A stretch of DNA of 32,000 nucleotides from Candidatus Methanoperedens sp. (GCA_027460535.1 JAPZAR010000004.1:30001-62000); one strand, 5' to 3'. Shown: positions 16,903-25,943, numbered from the stretch's first letter. Notes: generated by a model from the letters alone, not told the origin. A program made the numbers and translations.

Positions 16903-17111
16903 ACTAACTAAATATAGTTATTGTATTAAATATTTTGGTAGGTTTCTTAAAATCCATTTAAGTTTGTTTCTAGATTTTCTAATATCGTCTCTAATTAGTT
17001 TAACAAATTCTCTAATATATATCCCCTTTAATTATAATTATAATAAGAATCGGTATATATAAATAGTATGCAAGAATTAACCCAACAAAGTCAAGTTAGA
17101 GAATAACTAGA

Positions 17112-18509
17112 ATGAAATATATCATGAAAATAAAGCTCTTAATTATAATTGGAATATTGATAATCGGAATAGTTGTTGTTAGTGGATGCATGAAAAAGAC
17201 TTCTATAACCAATAACTCTGTATCAAAAGTTCCTGGACCAGTTCCTGCAGTTCCTAGTGCACCCGTCAAAAAAGACAAAATCTTGCAGGTTAAAGTAGCT
17301 TCTATTTATGAAAGCATAATAGACGGAAACCCAATTGGTCCTAATAGAAGTATTGAAGAAGTCAGTAAGTTGCTCAATGATACTCATACGGACATGGTAC
17401 ACCGGGGATTCTTTAGATGGAACCCTGTGCCTGAATCCCCCCAAAATATATCTCCTGAACTTATCACATATTTTGCCGAGCGCGGAAATATTGCTCCAGA
17501 ACAGATTCCCCCTCTCATTGAAAAAAGTGGTTATAATTATGAACAACTTAGTAAATCGATAAATGTTATAAAAGAAAAGAATCCGAACATCATATTCGTT
17601 GGCGCTATTGCTGCCCAGCGTATCAACAGAATCGAACGGAACGATAAATCTGGCAAAATTTATACTACTAATGAAACATGGGCGATGGCACTTGACCCGC
17701 AAAAATGGAACATTAGTTTCAACGGAAAGCCTTTAACAAAGGAACAATTCCAGGAAATGTTTGCCAGAAGTCAGCAATGGATAAAACCTAACGAACAATA
17801 CGATTGGAGAAAAGAGGATGCCTATTTCCCGGATATAACAAATGCTGAATTTCAAGAGATACTTTTAAGCTGGGCGGAAAAGCAAGTTGATTCCGGCGCA
17901 GACGCAATATGGATAGATGGACTACCACAAACTTCACTTTTTTATAAAGTTACAAAGGAAAAAAATAATCCAATGATTAACGATTTATATTCAGCCTCGG
18001 AAAAAATTATTGATGGAATTCACAATTACAGGCCTGAAAAAAAAGTGTACGTTGGAGCTTGGGCACTTCCTCTTGGACTTGTTGAAGGTCTCCCTTATCT
18101 GCCACCAAGTGTTGATTTTGTCACAATGACCGTTCCAAGCAATGAGATATTGAATCAAGAACTTAATAAAATAGAATGGGCTAATGAAATTACCTATGCT
18201 AAAAATATATATAATAATGTACCAATTTTTGTAGTTATGGATTGGGGTGGTGATAATTTGCCATTGTTTGTTTTTAGCCAGAAACTAACAAATGAAGAGA
18301 GGAAAAATTTGTTAAAAAATCTTGATGAGGAGTTTGAGAAAATGGGGGTAAATTTTGTATATCCTATTCACGGAGGCTGGATGGGTGAAGGCGCAACAAT
18401 ACTATCATTTGGTAAATGGAAGACGTATGATAGTCTTGCTCCAGAATTTGATACATATGAAATAATCAAGCAACTATCTCTGAATAAATCGATAAATGAA
18501 ATCGGATAA
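17112..18509 (+). CDS. Lipoprotein with TIM-barrel glycoside-hydrolase-like domain (GHL/GH114-type signature)
   Basis: 465 aa. Signal peptide with lipobox-like VVSGC. The segment AYFPDITNAEFQEILLSWAEKQVDSGADAIWIDG resembles the strand/acid region of GH-like TIM barrels. The family assignment is tentative. Confidence 0.5.
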   Translation: MKYIMKIKLLIIIGILIIGIVVVSGCMKKTSITNNSVSKVPGPVPAVPSAPVKKDKILQVKVASIYESIIDGNPIGPNRSIEEVSKLLNDTHTDMVHRGFFRWNPVPESPQNISPELITYFAERGNIAPEQIPPLIEKSGYNYEQLSKSINVIKEKNPNIIFVGAIAAQRINRIERNDKSGKIYTTNETWAMALDPQKWNISFNGKPLTKEQFQEMFARSQQWIKPNEQYDWRKEDAYFPDITNAEFQEILLSWAEKQVDSGADAIWIDGLPQTSLFYKVTKEKNNPMINDLYSASEKIIDGIHNYRPEKKVYVGAWALPLGLVEGLPYLPPSVDFVTMTVPSNEILNQELNKIEWANEITYAKNIYNNVPIFVVMDWGGDNLPLFVFSQKLTNEERKNLLKNLDEEFEKMGVNFVYPIHGGWMGEGATILSFGKWKTYDSLAPEFDTYEIIKQLSLNKSINEIG

Positions 18510-18531
18510 ATTTATCTAACCAAATTCTTTT

Positions 18532-19178
18532 TGTGTAGTCCCGAAACCTTTGGCTTTATATACCCATCTTCCCGGCATAGGAAAACGAAATAAGGTGGTA
18601 AAATTAACCAAGAAGAAGATAAGTTACATTATTCCTGCCAAAACAAAAATGACAGTAACAAAAACATAGCAGCGGACATGAAAATAAGCAGGTCCACTGT
18701 CAAGAGGGTATGGACCCACTGGTTAAAACGACAACATGAGCCGATACCTATAAAGAAATTTGGCAGGAAAAAGAAAGTGATAGATGAGGAATCTGAGAAA
18801 CTAATAATTGAAGTTCAAAAAGAGCAGAAAATGGTTGCAAGAAGAATTGAGAGAATTCTAAAGATCAAGCATGGAAAGAATATTCCTCATAACATGATCC
18901 ATCAGGTCCTTCTGAAAAACGGATTGGCCAAAGAGAATATGAATAAGAAGAAAAGGCGGAAAGCATGGACCCGCTATGAAAGGAAACACAGTTTAACCGC
19001 AGTTCGCCTGGATTGGCACACTGGACAAGTTGTCAAAAAAGAGGTATGCGTAGTCGAGGATGATAGTTCAAGATATATCCTGGCTGGAGGAGAGTTTGGT
19101 GCCGCTACAGCCGAGATCAGTATCAACCTTGTGCAGGAAGTTCGAAGAAGAGACTTTCACGAACAAAAGTGTTATTAA
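18532..19178 (+). pseudogene. Truncated IS remnant encoding the N-terminal part of an rve (integrase-core) type transposase
   Basis: A possible left end TGTGTAGTCCCGAAACC starts at 18532. KVVKLTKKKISYIIPAKTK is in one frame and NDSNKNIAADMKISRSTVKRVW... in the next, with the shift in the A-run near 18640-18650. The sequence continues to RLDWHTGQVV...VVEDDSSRYILAGGEF (first catalytic Asp region). The rest of the catalytic core is missing. Confidence 0.55.
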
Positions 19179-19261
19179 GACATTGAAGAAAAACTTTATA
19201 TTAGTTTCAATAGATGTCATAGAAAAAGTTATGCCGCATACGGAAATATTTGTAGATACAT

Positions 19262-21187
19262 ATGAAGATAGAAAAAATTGATTATTTAATAATTATTTGT
19301 TTACTTTTAATCTCATTTTTAATTCGAGCCTCAGGTGGGACAAAAGTTCCCATGTATGGAGATGAGTGGATATATTGGACTAATGTAAATAGGATATTAG
19401 CAAGTAATTTTGTCCCTCGAGCGGATGTATTTAGTTCTGCTCCACCATTCCTTTCTTATATCGGGGCGTTAGTTACTTTGTTTTTTGGAGGAGATTTGAA
19501 TGTTGTCAGGGGGATTTCTACGGTTTTTGGAAGTTTAACCGTACCCGCATTATACCTTTTTGGAAATGCAATGTATGATAGAAAGACTGGATTGTTATCA
19601 GCCTTATTTCTATGCTTTTCAGCGTATCATATTCTCTATAGTCGCATATTAATGCAAGAAGCACTCTCTCTTTTTTTTATTACTGCATTCTTATATTTTT
19701 TTTGGATGAGCCAAAATTCTAGTGGTAGAAAAAGCACAACTTATGCCATTGTTGCAGGAGCAATGCTAGGTTTAGCTATCGATGCTAAATGGATGTCTCT
19801 TTTTTTGGTTCCTGCAGCTCTTACATATGTTTTGTGGACGGGTAAGTTTAAATTAAGAGCATTATCGGACAAAAGGTTAGTCCTAATATTTATCTTTGCG
19901 TTACTGCTCTTTTTACCGTTACTTATAAGTTTATTTTACACTGGTGTGGACTTTAGTGGGATGACCTACAGTATTTATGAAAAATTTTCAAAGAAATCAC
20001 CTATAAGCCAACGGGTTTCAAGTAATTCTATATATGAATTATTTGAAAAAGCGATGGATAATATATCTGGCATACTGATGTATGGTTCTGATTTCTTAAT
20101 TTCACCATGGATAACTAAAGTCTCATTTGTACTTTTCATAATAATTTTTCTTTCTTTCTTTCGTAATTTCTTAAATTTAGAAAAAAAAGGTAGTTTTCTT
20201 ATAATTAATTTTTTCTATCTAGCCGTAATTGTGCTTTCATCTTCGGCAAATAAACATTATCTATTATATATGTTTCCTTTTTATTTTGTTATGCTTTCTC
20301 ATGTCTTTTTAAACTCTTTTAAAGATATGAATATTTTGAAAATTGTTATAATTTTACTTACTTCAATAATGTTATTTTCTTCCGTTATTACCAGTGTCAC
20401 CTCATATAACTGGGATAAAGGGGACTACCAGCCATGGGCAAACGATTTTGCAGATTACATAAAACGAGATATATTTAAGAGTGGTTATGAAGGAAGCGTT
20501 CAAATCGCGACGCTAACGTATTTAAAAGAACCTGTAGATCGGGCCTTATACCTTAGCAGTATTAATGCAACTACGATTGAAGCCTTTAAAGCTGCCGATA
20601 AATATTCAAGTGAAGCTATGGAAGTAGACTATGAGAAAATCTCTAGTCTAAAGCCAGTTTATTTAGTAGTACCTGAGCCTCAGTATGAATATTATGTCAA
20701 AGGAAATTTTAAACTTTTAAAAGATTATGGTGTGGTTTCAAACATCCAGACCTATCCCTTTGGATGTTTCGTTTTAAAAAGGAAAAATATACAACCACAG
20801 GGATCGTCAACCGATGGTATAGGGGCGAATATTTCACAAGATATATTAAAATTAAGTGTGCCATCTGTAATGAAGATTGGTAAAACATATACAGCGTCGA
20901 TTCAGGTGAAGAACACCGGGGACTTCCGCACAAATTTCACTGTTAATTTGTATTCTGATGTATATACAATATTTTTAAATGAATGGCAACGTAAGGTAAC
21001 TCTTGATAAAGGTTCAATAATTACGCTTAAAATTAAAATAGTCCCTTTTAAAGGGTACGCAGGAAAGCTCACGATAACTGCTGACCTTTACGCTAATGAT
21101 GAAGAAAATGGAACCTATAAAAAGGTAGACTCATCAACAGATTATATCTATCTTATTGAGAGGCCAATCTTCGACATCATGAACTGA
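19262..21187 (+). CDS. GT-C family glycosyltransferase (PMT/ArnT, GT39/83-like) with a C-terminal CARDB-like beta-sandwich domain
   Basis: 641 aa. About 11-13 TM helices and the loop-1 motif YGDEWIYW. The C-terminal soluble region (about 20800..21187) has the pattern KIGKTYTASIQVKNTGDFRTNFTVNLY...LKIKIVPFKGYAGKLTITADLY. Confidence 0.8.
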   Translation: MKIEKIDYLIIICLLLISFLIRASGGTKVPMYGDEWIYWTNVNRILASNFVPRADVFSSAPPFLSYIGALVTLFFGGDLNVVRGISTVFGSLTVPALYLFGNAMYDRKTGLLSALFLCFSAYHILYSRILMQEALSLFFITAFLYFFWMSQNSSGRKSTTYAIVAGAMLGLAIDAKWMSLFLVPAALTYVLWTGKFKLRALSDKRLVLIFIFALLLFLPLLISLFYTGVDFSGMTYSIYEKFSKKSPISQRVSSNSIYELFEKAMDNISGILMYGSDFLISPWITKVSFVLFIIIFLSFFRNFLNLEKKGSFLIINFFYLAVIVLSSSANKHYLLYMFPFYFVMLSHVFLNSFKDMNILKIVIILLTSIMLFSSVITSVTSYNWDKGDYQPWANDFADYIKRDIFKSGYEGSVQIATLTYLKEPVDRALYLSSINATTIEAFKAADKYSSEAMEVDYEKISSLKPVYLVVPEPQYEYYVKGNFKLLKDYGVVSNIQTYPFGCFVLKRKNIQPQGSSTDGIGANISQDILKLSVPSVMKIGKTYTASIQVKNTGDFRTNFTVNLYSDVYTIFLNEWQRKVTLDKGSIITLKIKIVPFKGYAGKLTITADLYANDEENGTYKKVDSSTDYIYLIERPIFDIMN

Positions 21188-21727
21188 GCGATAGAATTGA
21201 TGGAATTGAGAAAAGATGCTCTGTCAGTATATGATACGAGTGCACAACTCGGTCTCCCTTTACAAACAATGCAATTTGAGAAATCATTTGCAGATAAGGC
21301 GAGGTTTCCGATTCTATGCACATATTACATCCGGTGCATTTTTGATTATCCATCTTTAACGCAGACTTCTCCGTAAGTCTGACCTTTGCTGATGGACTAA
21401 ATACATTAGCATACAAAAGATTTGGCATTGGTTTCAAACCTGAGTTAGATAAGACCTTCGTATCGCTGACATGCGAGATAAAATGAGACAATAATCCTTT
21501 GAATCATTGTGAATTTCATTATGGGAACGATATTGTTCCGGGGGACATGGTTGGGTATTCCCAAAGAGAAATACAGTTAATGTAGATGTAGGTGTATCTA
21601 TAGTAAGCTTAGTTCAGACTTGATATATTCGATGAATTATATGCTCAATAATTATCCCTTAACAGGTGAAAAGTTTAAAGAAATGGTATTTGTTTAGCTC
21701 AGACATAATTCAATAATCAAAAATGGA

Positions 21728-22876
21728 ATGGATATGATTGATCTCTTATGGATTTATAAAAATTATACACTGAAAGATTTTTACAAAATTGCCGCTTCTT
21801 GTACAGTATATCGTATTGAGATACTCCGAAGGATGTTTATTCCCAAAAGAGAGACAAAAAAAGAGTTGAATTATGAAGGTATCGAAATCACCATTGAAAG
21901 AGGAAGGAAATGGTTAGAAGACCACCAGAGAGCAGACGGCTCGATTGGGGAGATAGAGCCAAGGCAATGGGAGATATGGAATACTGCAAACGCTGCTTTA
22001 GCGCTCATACAAATTGGTGGAGATGATGACTGCATTGAGAATGCAATAAATTTCGTTATGGGTGGACAGCTTAATAATGGATCTTTTTCTTTCAATTACG
22101 TGCCCAAAAATCTGACAGAAAGCCTGTATTTTAATTGCATTGAGACTGCCAGTGTGGCGTTACTTGCTGCTTATATTAAGAGAAAAAAAGTATCAGAAAA
22201 TATAAAAAGAGGCGCAGATTTCCTGATAAAAATTCAGAATGGAGATGGCTCATGGGAACTCCCATATATACCAACCAATGCGAAATATCCATCCGTAACC
22301 GGATTTGCACTAAAAACACTCCTTTATCTAAAGGTTTGTCCAGAAAAAACTTTTAAAAAGGCACTTTTATTCATTGAATCCGCTCAACTGAGGAATGGTA
22401 GCTGGGGAAGAGCCCCAGAATATTACAACACTGAGAGCTATGCTATAAAAAATATCTCTGATGCGTTAATCCTGGCAAAAAATGAAGAACGGCTGATGGG
22501 TGAAGAAAAAGAGAGAATCGATTTGATGCTGCAAAGGTGTATCCCCTATGTAGTAAAACGACAAAATTCAGATGGAAGCTGGTCAGCCAGAGGTCCATCC
22601 TCAAAATGTATTTCAACAGCGTTATATTTACAAACATTGTTAAATCTTAGTGATAAAAACGATGAAAAGAATATACTGCTAATAAAAGATGCAGTAAGCT
22701 TTCTTATGGAAAAACAAGAAAAAGAAGGTTTCTGGAAAGGCGGCAATCTTGGAAGATACAGCGCCGATTTTTTTGCTACTTCTGAGGTTTTAATTGCATT
22801 AGATAAAGTATTAAATAAATCAAGAAATGTAAATTTTACAGAGAAGCGCAGCATTGATTCCTGCCGCTCCGGTTAA
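21728..22876 (+). CDS. Prenyltransferase / squalene-oxidase (terpene-cyclase-type) repeat protein, single alpha/alpha toroid
   Basis: 382 aa with no signal peptide. Six repeats about 50 aa apart: QRADGSIGE, QLNNGSFSF, QNGDGSWEL, QLRNGSWGR, QNSDGSWSA, QEKEGFWKG. Confidence 0.7.
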   Translation: MDMIDLLWIYKNYTLKDFYKIAASCTVYRIEILRRMFIPKRETKKELNYEGIEITIERGRKWLEDHQRADGSIGEIEPRQWEIWNTANAALALIQIGGDDDCIENAINFVMGGQLNNGSFSFNYVPKNLTESLYFNCIETASVALLAAYIKRKKVSENIKRGADFLIKIQNGDGSWELPYIPTNAKYPSVTGFALKTLLYLKVCPEKTFKKALLFIESAQLRNGSWGRAPEYYNTESYAIKNISDALILAKNEERLMGEEKERIDLMLQRCIPYVVKRQNSDGSWSARGPSSKCISTALYLQTLLNLSDKNDEKNILLIKDAVSFLMEKQEKEGFWKGGNLGRYSADFFATSEVLIALDKVLNKSRNVNFTEKRSIDSCRSG

Positions 22877-23102
22877 GGGGATATTCGTGCACTGAAGGTA
22901 TTTTTTCTACAGTCAAACGAATATTTGGAGAAAACGTGAGAAGTCATAGAATTCGAAATTCGTATAAGGAAGCTAAAATAAAATTCTGGGCATATCAGCA
23001 GATAAAAAACATCCAATAGCGGAGCCAGACTATTGGTATAGCGAAAGTTACTCTATTTTTTGTTAATAATGCAACATTGCAAAGGAATAGGAAAAGTATT
23101 AA

Positions 23103-24332
23103 GACCGTGAAATCAAGCGACCGAGCGCACCAACCCCGGTAAGTACAATGGTAGCTCCGGCAAATACAACTGTAGCTTATGGGAATGAAACCATTGGAAA
23201 AGGTCTCTCTAACGTTAAAGTAGCTGTTCTCTATGAACGGATGACTGATGGAGCATTATACGGAAGAAAGCAGTGAGGATGTAATTAAATTGCTTAAGCA
23301 AACAAAAACTGACCTTATATTTAGAGGATTTTGGAGATGGGATCCTGGCCCTGAATCAAAAACGTCTGCGCAAGCCGAAGTTTCAAAATTAGGTGGAAGC
23401 CAGACGGGATTACAGGCAGTTCTAAATTCTGATTATACTTATGAGGACATGAAAGTTGCTATATCAGGAATTAAACAGCAAATGCCGAATACCGTCTTTG
23501 TTAGTGCAATACCCGCTCAAAGAATTAGAGGAGTAGAAAAAGATGACCTTACTGGTGAAATCCTGGGCAAAGATAAAACTTATGAAATGGCATTAGATCC
23601 TACAAAATGGGGTATTAGTTTAACAAAACAAGATGCTCAAAAACTTGGTAATACTTTGGGATGGAATTCAGGCGATGCATATTATCCTGATATAACAAAT
23701 CCGAACTATCAACAATTCCTTTTAGATATGGCAAAAAAACAAATAGACTGTGGAGCAGATGCGATTTGGATTGATATGTTGTTCTCATAATCAGGTGCAT
23801 TAGAATTATTCACCAAGAACCCAAATCACCCATTAGTAAAAGAATCCTTTGAAGCTTCTTCAAAGATAGTCGATGAGACACATGATTATGGGAAATCAAA
23901 AGGAAAATATATTTATGTCGGGACGTGGACTGATAGTATAGATTTCTCGTATCCTAAACGAAATTGGATTTTGTAACACTTAGTCCAAAAACAAGTGAAG
24001 TAGCAAGTAAAACTTTAAATAAAGCATATTGGAATGACAAAAAGAATAAAATCATCGAAAAATTAGGGAATATTAAAATCTATGTATTTATTGATTGGGC
24101 AAACGATGACTCGCCTATAGTTACATTCAGTCAAAAGTTAACTAAATCTGAACAAGGAGTATTCATACAGGATGCAAGTAAGTTTTTCAAAAATGAAGGA
24201 ATGACATTTGTTCTTCCGCTTCATGGAGGTTTTATGGGTAATAAAGCAAGCATACTCTCGTTTGGTAATTCTAAAGTTTATGACAGCATGGTACCACAAT
24301 TCGAAACTTTTAACACTATTGAAACTATTTAA
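23103..24332 (+). pseudogene. Decayed paralogue of the GH-like lipoprotein gene 17112..18509
   Basis: Colinear similarity is spread over three frames. NVKVAVLYERMTDGALYGRK is in the frame of 23211. SSEDVIKLLKQTKTDLIFRGFWRWDP...YYPDITNPNYQQFLLDMAKKQIDCGADAIWIDMLFS is in the 23248 frame and ends at an in-frame TAA (23788..23790). That frame continues to ...YPKRN, then shifts at about 23960 into LDFVTLSP...HGGFMG. No signal peptide is left. Confidence 0.65.
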
Positions 24333-24397
24333 GGTAGTAATTAAATATGAACCCGACTATTGATATGAAATCAATTATTTATTAGGAGTTCTTAAAA

Positions 24398-25912
24398 TTG
24401 AAAGTATTGGTTATAGGCCTGGATGGTGCAACACTGGATTTGATAAGACCTTGGGCGCGCGAAGGTAAACTGCCAATGTTTCAGAAGTTGATTTCTGAAA
24501 GCTGCTGCGGGAATCTGGAAAGCTCAAGGCCACCTATTACAATTCCTGCATGGAATTGTCTTGCAACCGGTAAGAACCCGGGCAGGATAGGCTGCTTTAG
24601 CTTTATACAGAAATCTTCCGGAAGTTATGACTTCAGGGTATATTCCAAAACGGTTGATAAAGAGGAAGATATATGGGATATCTTAAGCGACAACGGAAGC
24701 AAAGTTTTTATCTTAAACGCACCAAACATTCTTAGCGCATACAGGATCAATGGACATATGGTCGCCGGGAGCCTGTGCACAAATGAAGACAGGTTGACAT
24801 ATCCGAAAGAATTGGGAGAAGAGTTACGTAATTTAAATTATGAAATGGATATGACAGATCCAGATATTTTTGGAAGCCTTAATGATAAAGAATTTTCAAG
24901 AAGGCACAAAGAGATAACAGAGAAACATTGCAAAGTCCTTTTTAAATTCCTGGACAAGCCCTGGGACTTTGGTTTTTTTGTATTTACCGAATTGGATAGG
25001 GTACAACATCAGTTCTGGGATAAAAAAGACATTCTTTTGAGTCATTATCAAAATATAGATAATAAATTAAGGCAGATAATCAATAAAATTGAAGAGGGAG
25101 GTGAAAAGCCCAACATATTCATAGTATCAGATCATGGTTTTGGGCCAAATAAGAAAGCCTTCCTTGTAAATGAATTTCTTATAAATAGAGGTCTCTTAGA
25201 GTTAAAAAGAACACCAATCCTCGATATTATCAGGAATCTGGTTTCAATCCTTAGAAAGCCTATCATCTTGAAAATGATTACTCCATTATTGACCATTTCT
25301 TTCATAAGACCTCTGTATCGAAATATAACCCGGCAAACCGGAAGAACTCCTATACGCTGGGAAAGAACACAGGCTTTCAGTTATGCTACGTGGGGCACGA
25401 TTTACATAAATTTGGCCGGCAGGGAGCCGCAGGGGATCGTCAAAGAGGAAGATTATGAAAAATTGAGAGATGAGATTATAGATGGATTGGAAAAGATATC
25501 TGTAAAGGCGTACAGAAGAGAAGAAGTGTATAGTGGGAAATATTTGAATCTGGCGCCTGATATCATCCTCGATACAGATGATAATATTAACTCTATAACT
25601 TCGAAAGTTGGTTATGGTAGCGAATTTGTTGAATGGCATGGTGGATCGCATAGATTGAATGGAACTTTCATCGTCCGAGGACCGGATATAAAGGAGAACT
25701 TTGAAATAAATGCGAAAATAACTGATGTAGCGCCAACGATTTTGCACATGCTCAGTATGCCTGTTCCAAAAGATATGGATGGTAGGATTTTAAAGGAGAT
25801 TTTTAAAGTCGATTCGCCAATAATGGAAAGGGAGATAAAATATATAGACTCAGATAATAGAGAGATGATTAGAAAAAGAATAGCAGCACTGAAGCGTCTT
25901 GACAAGATATAG
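24398..25912 (+). CDS. Alkaline-phosphatase-superfamily enzyme, type I phosphodiesterase/nucleotide pyrophosphatase (NPP, PF01663-like)
   Basis: The TTG start is forced, with TAG at 24383-24385 and AGGAG at 24384-24388. Contains MKVLVIGLDGAT, PPITIPAW (Thr nucleophile region), ELDRVQHQFW, FIVSDHGFGP and GGSHRLNG, so the metal-ligand set appears complete. Confidence 0.8.
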   Translation: MKVLVIGLDGATLDLIRPWAREGKLPMFQKLISESCCGNLESSRPPITIPAWNCLATGKNPGRIGCFSFIQKSSGSYDFRVYSKTVDKEEDIWDILSDNGSKVFILNAPNILSAYRINGHMVAGSLCTNEDRLTYPKELGEELRNLNYEMDMTDPDIFGSLNDKEFSRRHKEITEKHCKVLFKFLDKPWDFGFFVFTELDRVQHQFWDKKDILLSHYQNIDNKLRQIINKIEEGGEKPNIFIVSDHGFGPNKKAFLVNEFLINRGLLELKRTPILDIIRNLVSILRKPIILKMITPLLTISFIRPLYRNITRQTGRTPIRWERTQAFSYATWGTIYINLAGREPQGIVKEEDYEKLRDEIIDGLEKISVKAYRREEVYSGKYLNLAPDIILDTDDNINSITSKVGYGSEFVEWHGGSHRLNGTFIVRGPDIKENFEINAKITDVAPTILHMLSMPVPKDMDGRILKEIFKVDSPIMEREIKYIDSDNREMIRKRIAALKRLDKI

Positions 25913-25943
25913 AAATCAAGTTCTAGCAAAAGTATGAATGTTT

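Larger units (their letters stand above)
15427..17023. mobile_element. IS graveyard: two decayed transposase genes (unclassified DDE remnant plus IS5-family element)
   Basis: See the two pseudogene entries below. The segment starts exactly where the GT-C fragment breaks off. No clean terminal inverted repeats could be identified by eye. Confidence 0.6.

Noticed and set aside
15427-17033. The 10-bp direct repeat CCCTTTAATT at 15427..15436 and 17024..17033, considered as a target-site duplication of one element.
   Set aside because: The enclosed 1.6 kb holds remnants of two different transposases, and no matching inverted repeats sit inside the repeats. IS5-type duplications are usually much shorter. 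A 10-mer match in AT-rich DNA can be chance. I mention it only as a possible boundary clue.
19060-19281. A 73-aa ORF bridging the IS remnant and the GT-C start.
   Set aside because: It runs out of frame through the decayed transposase 3' region into the GT-C promoter. It has no motif or start signal.
21177-21491. A 104-aa minus-strand ORF containing CTGCNMCIE, reminiscent of a 4Fe-4S ferredoxin CxxCxxC motif.
   Set aside because: The motif lacks the fourth Cys-Pro, and there is only one half-cluster. The ORF overlaps the GT-C 3' end and has no start context. At best it is a remnant of a ferredoxin-domain gene, and it cannot be supported as a gene.
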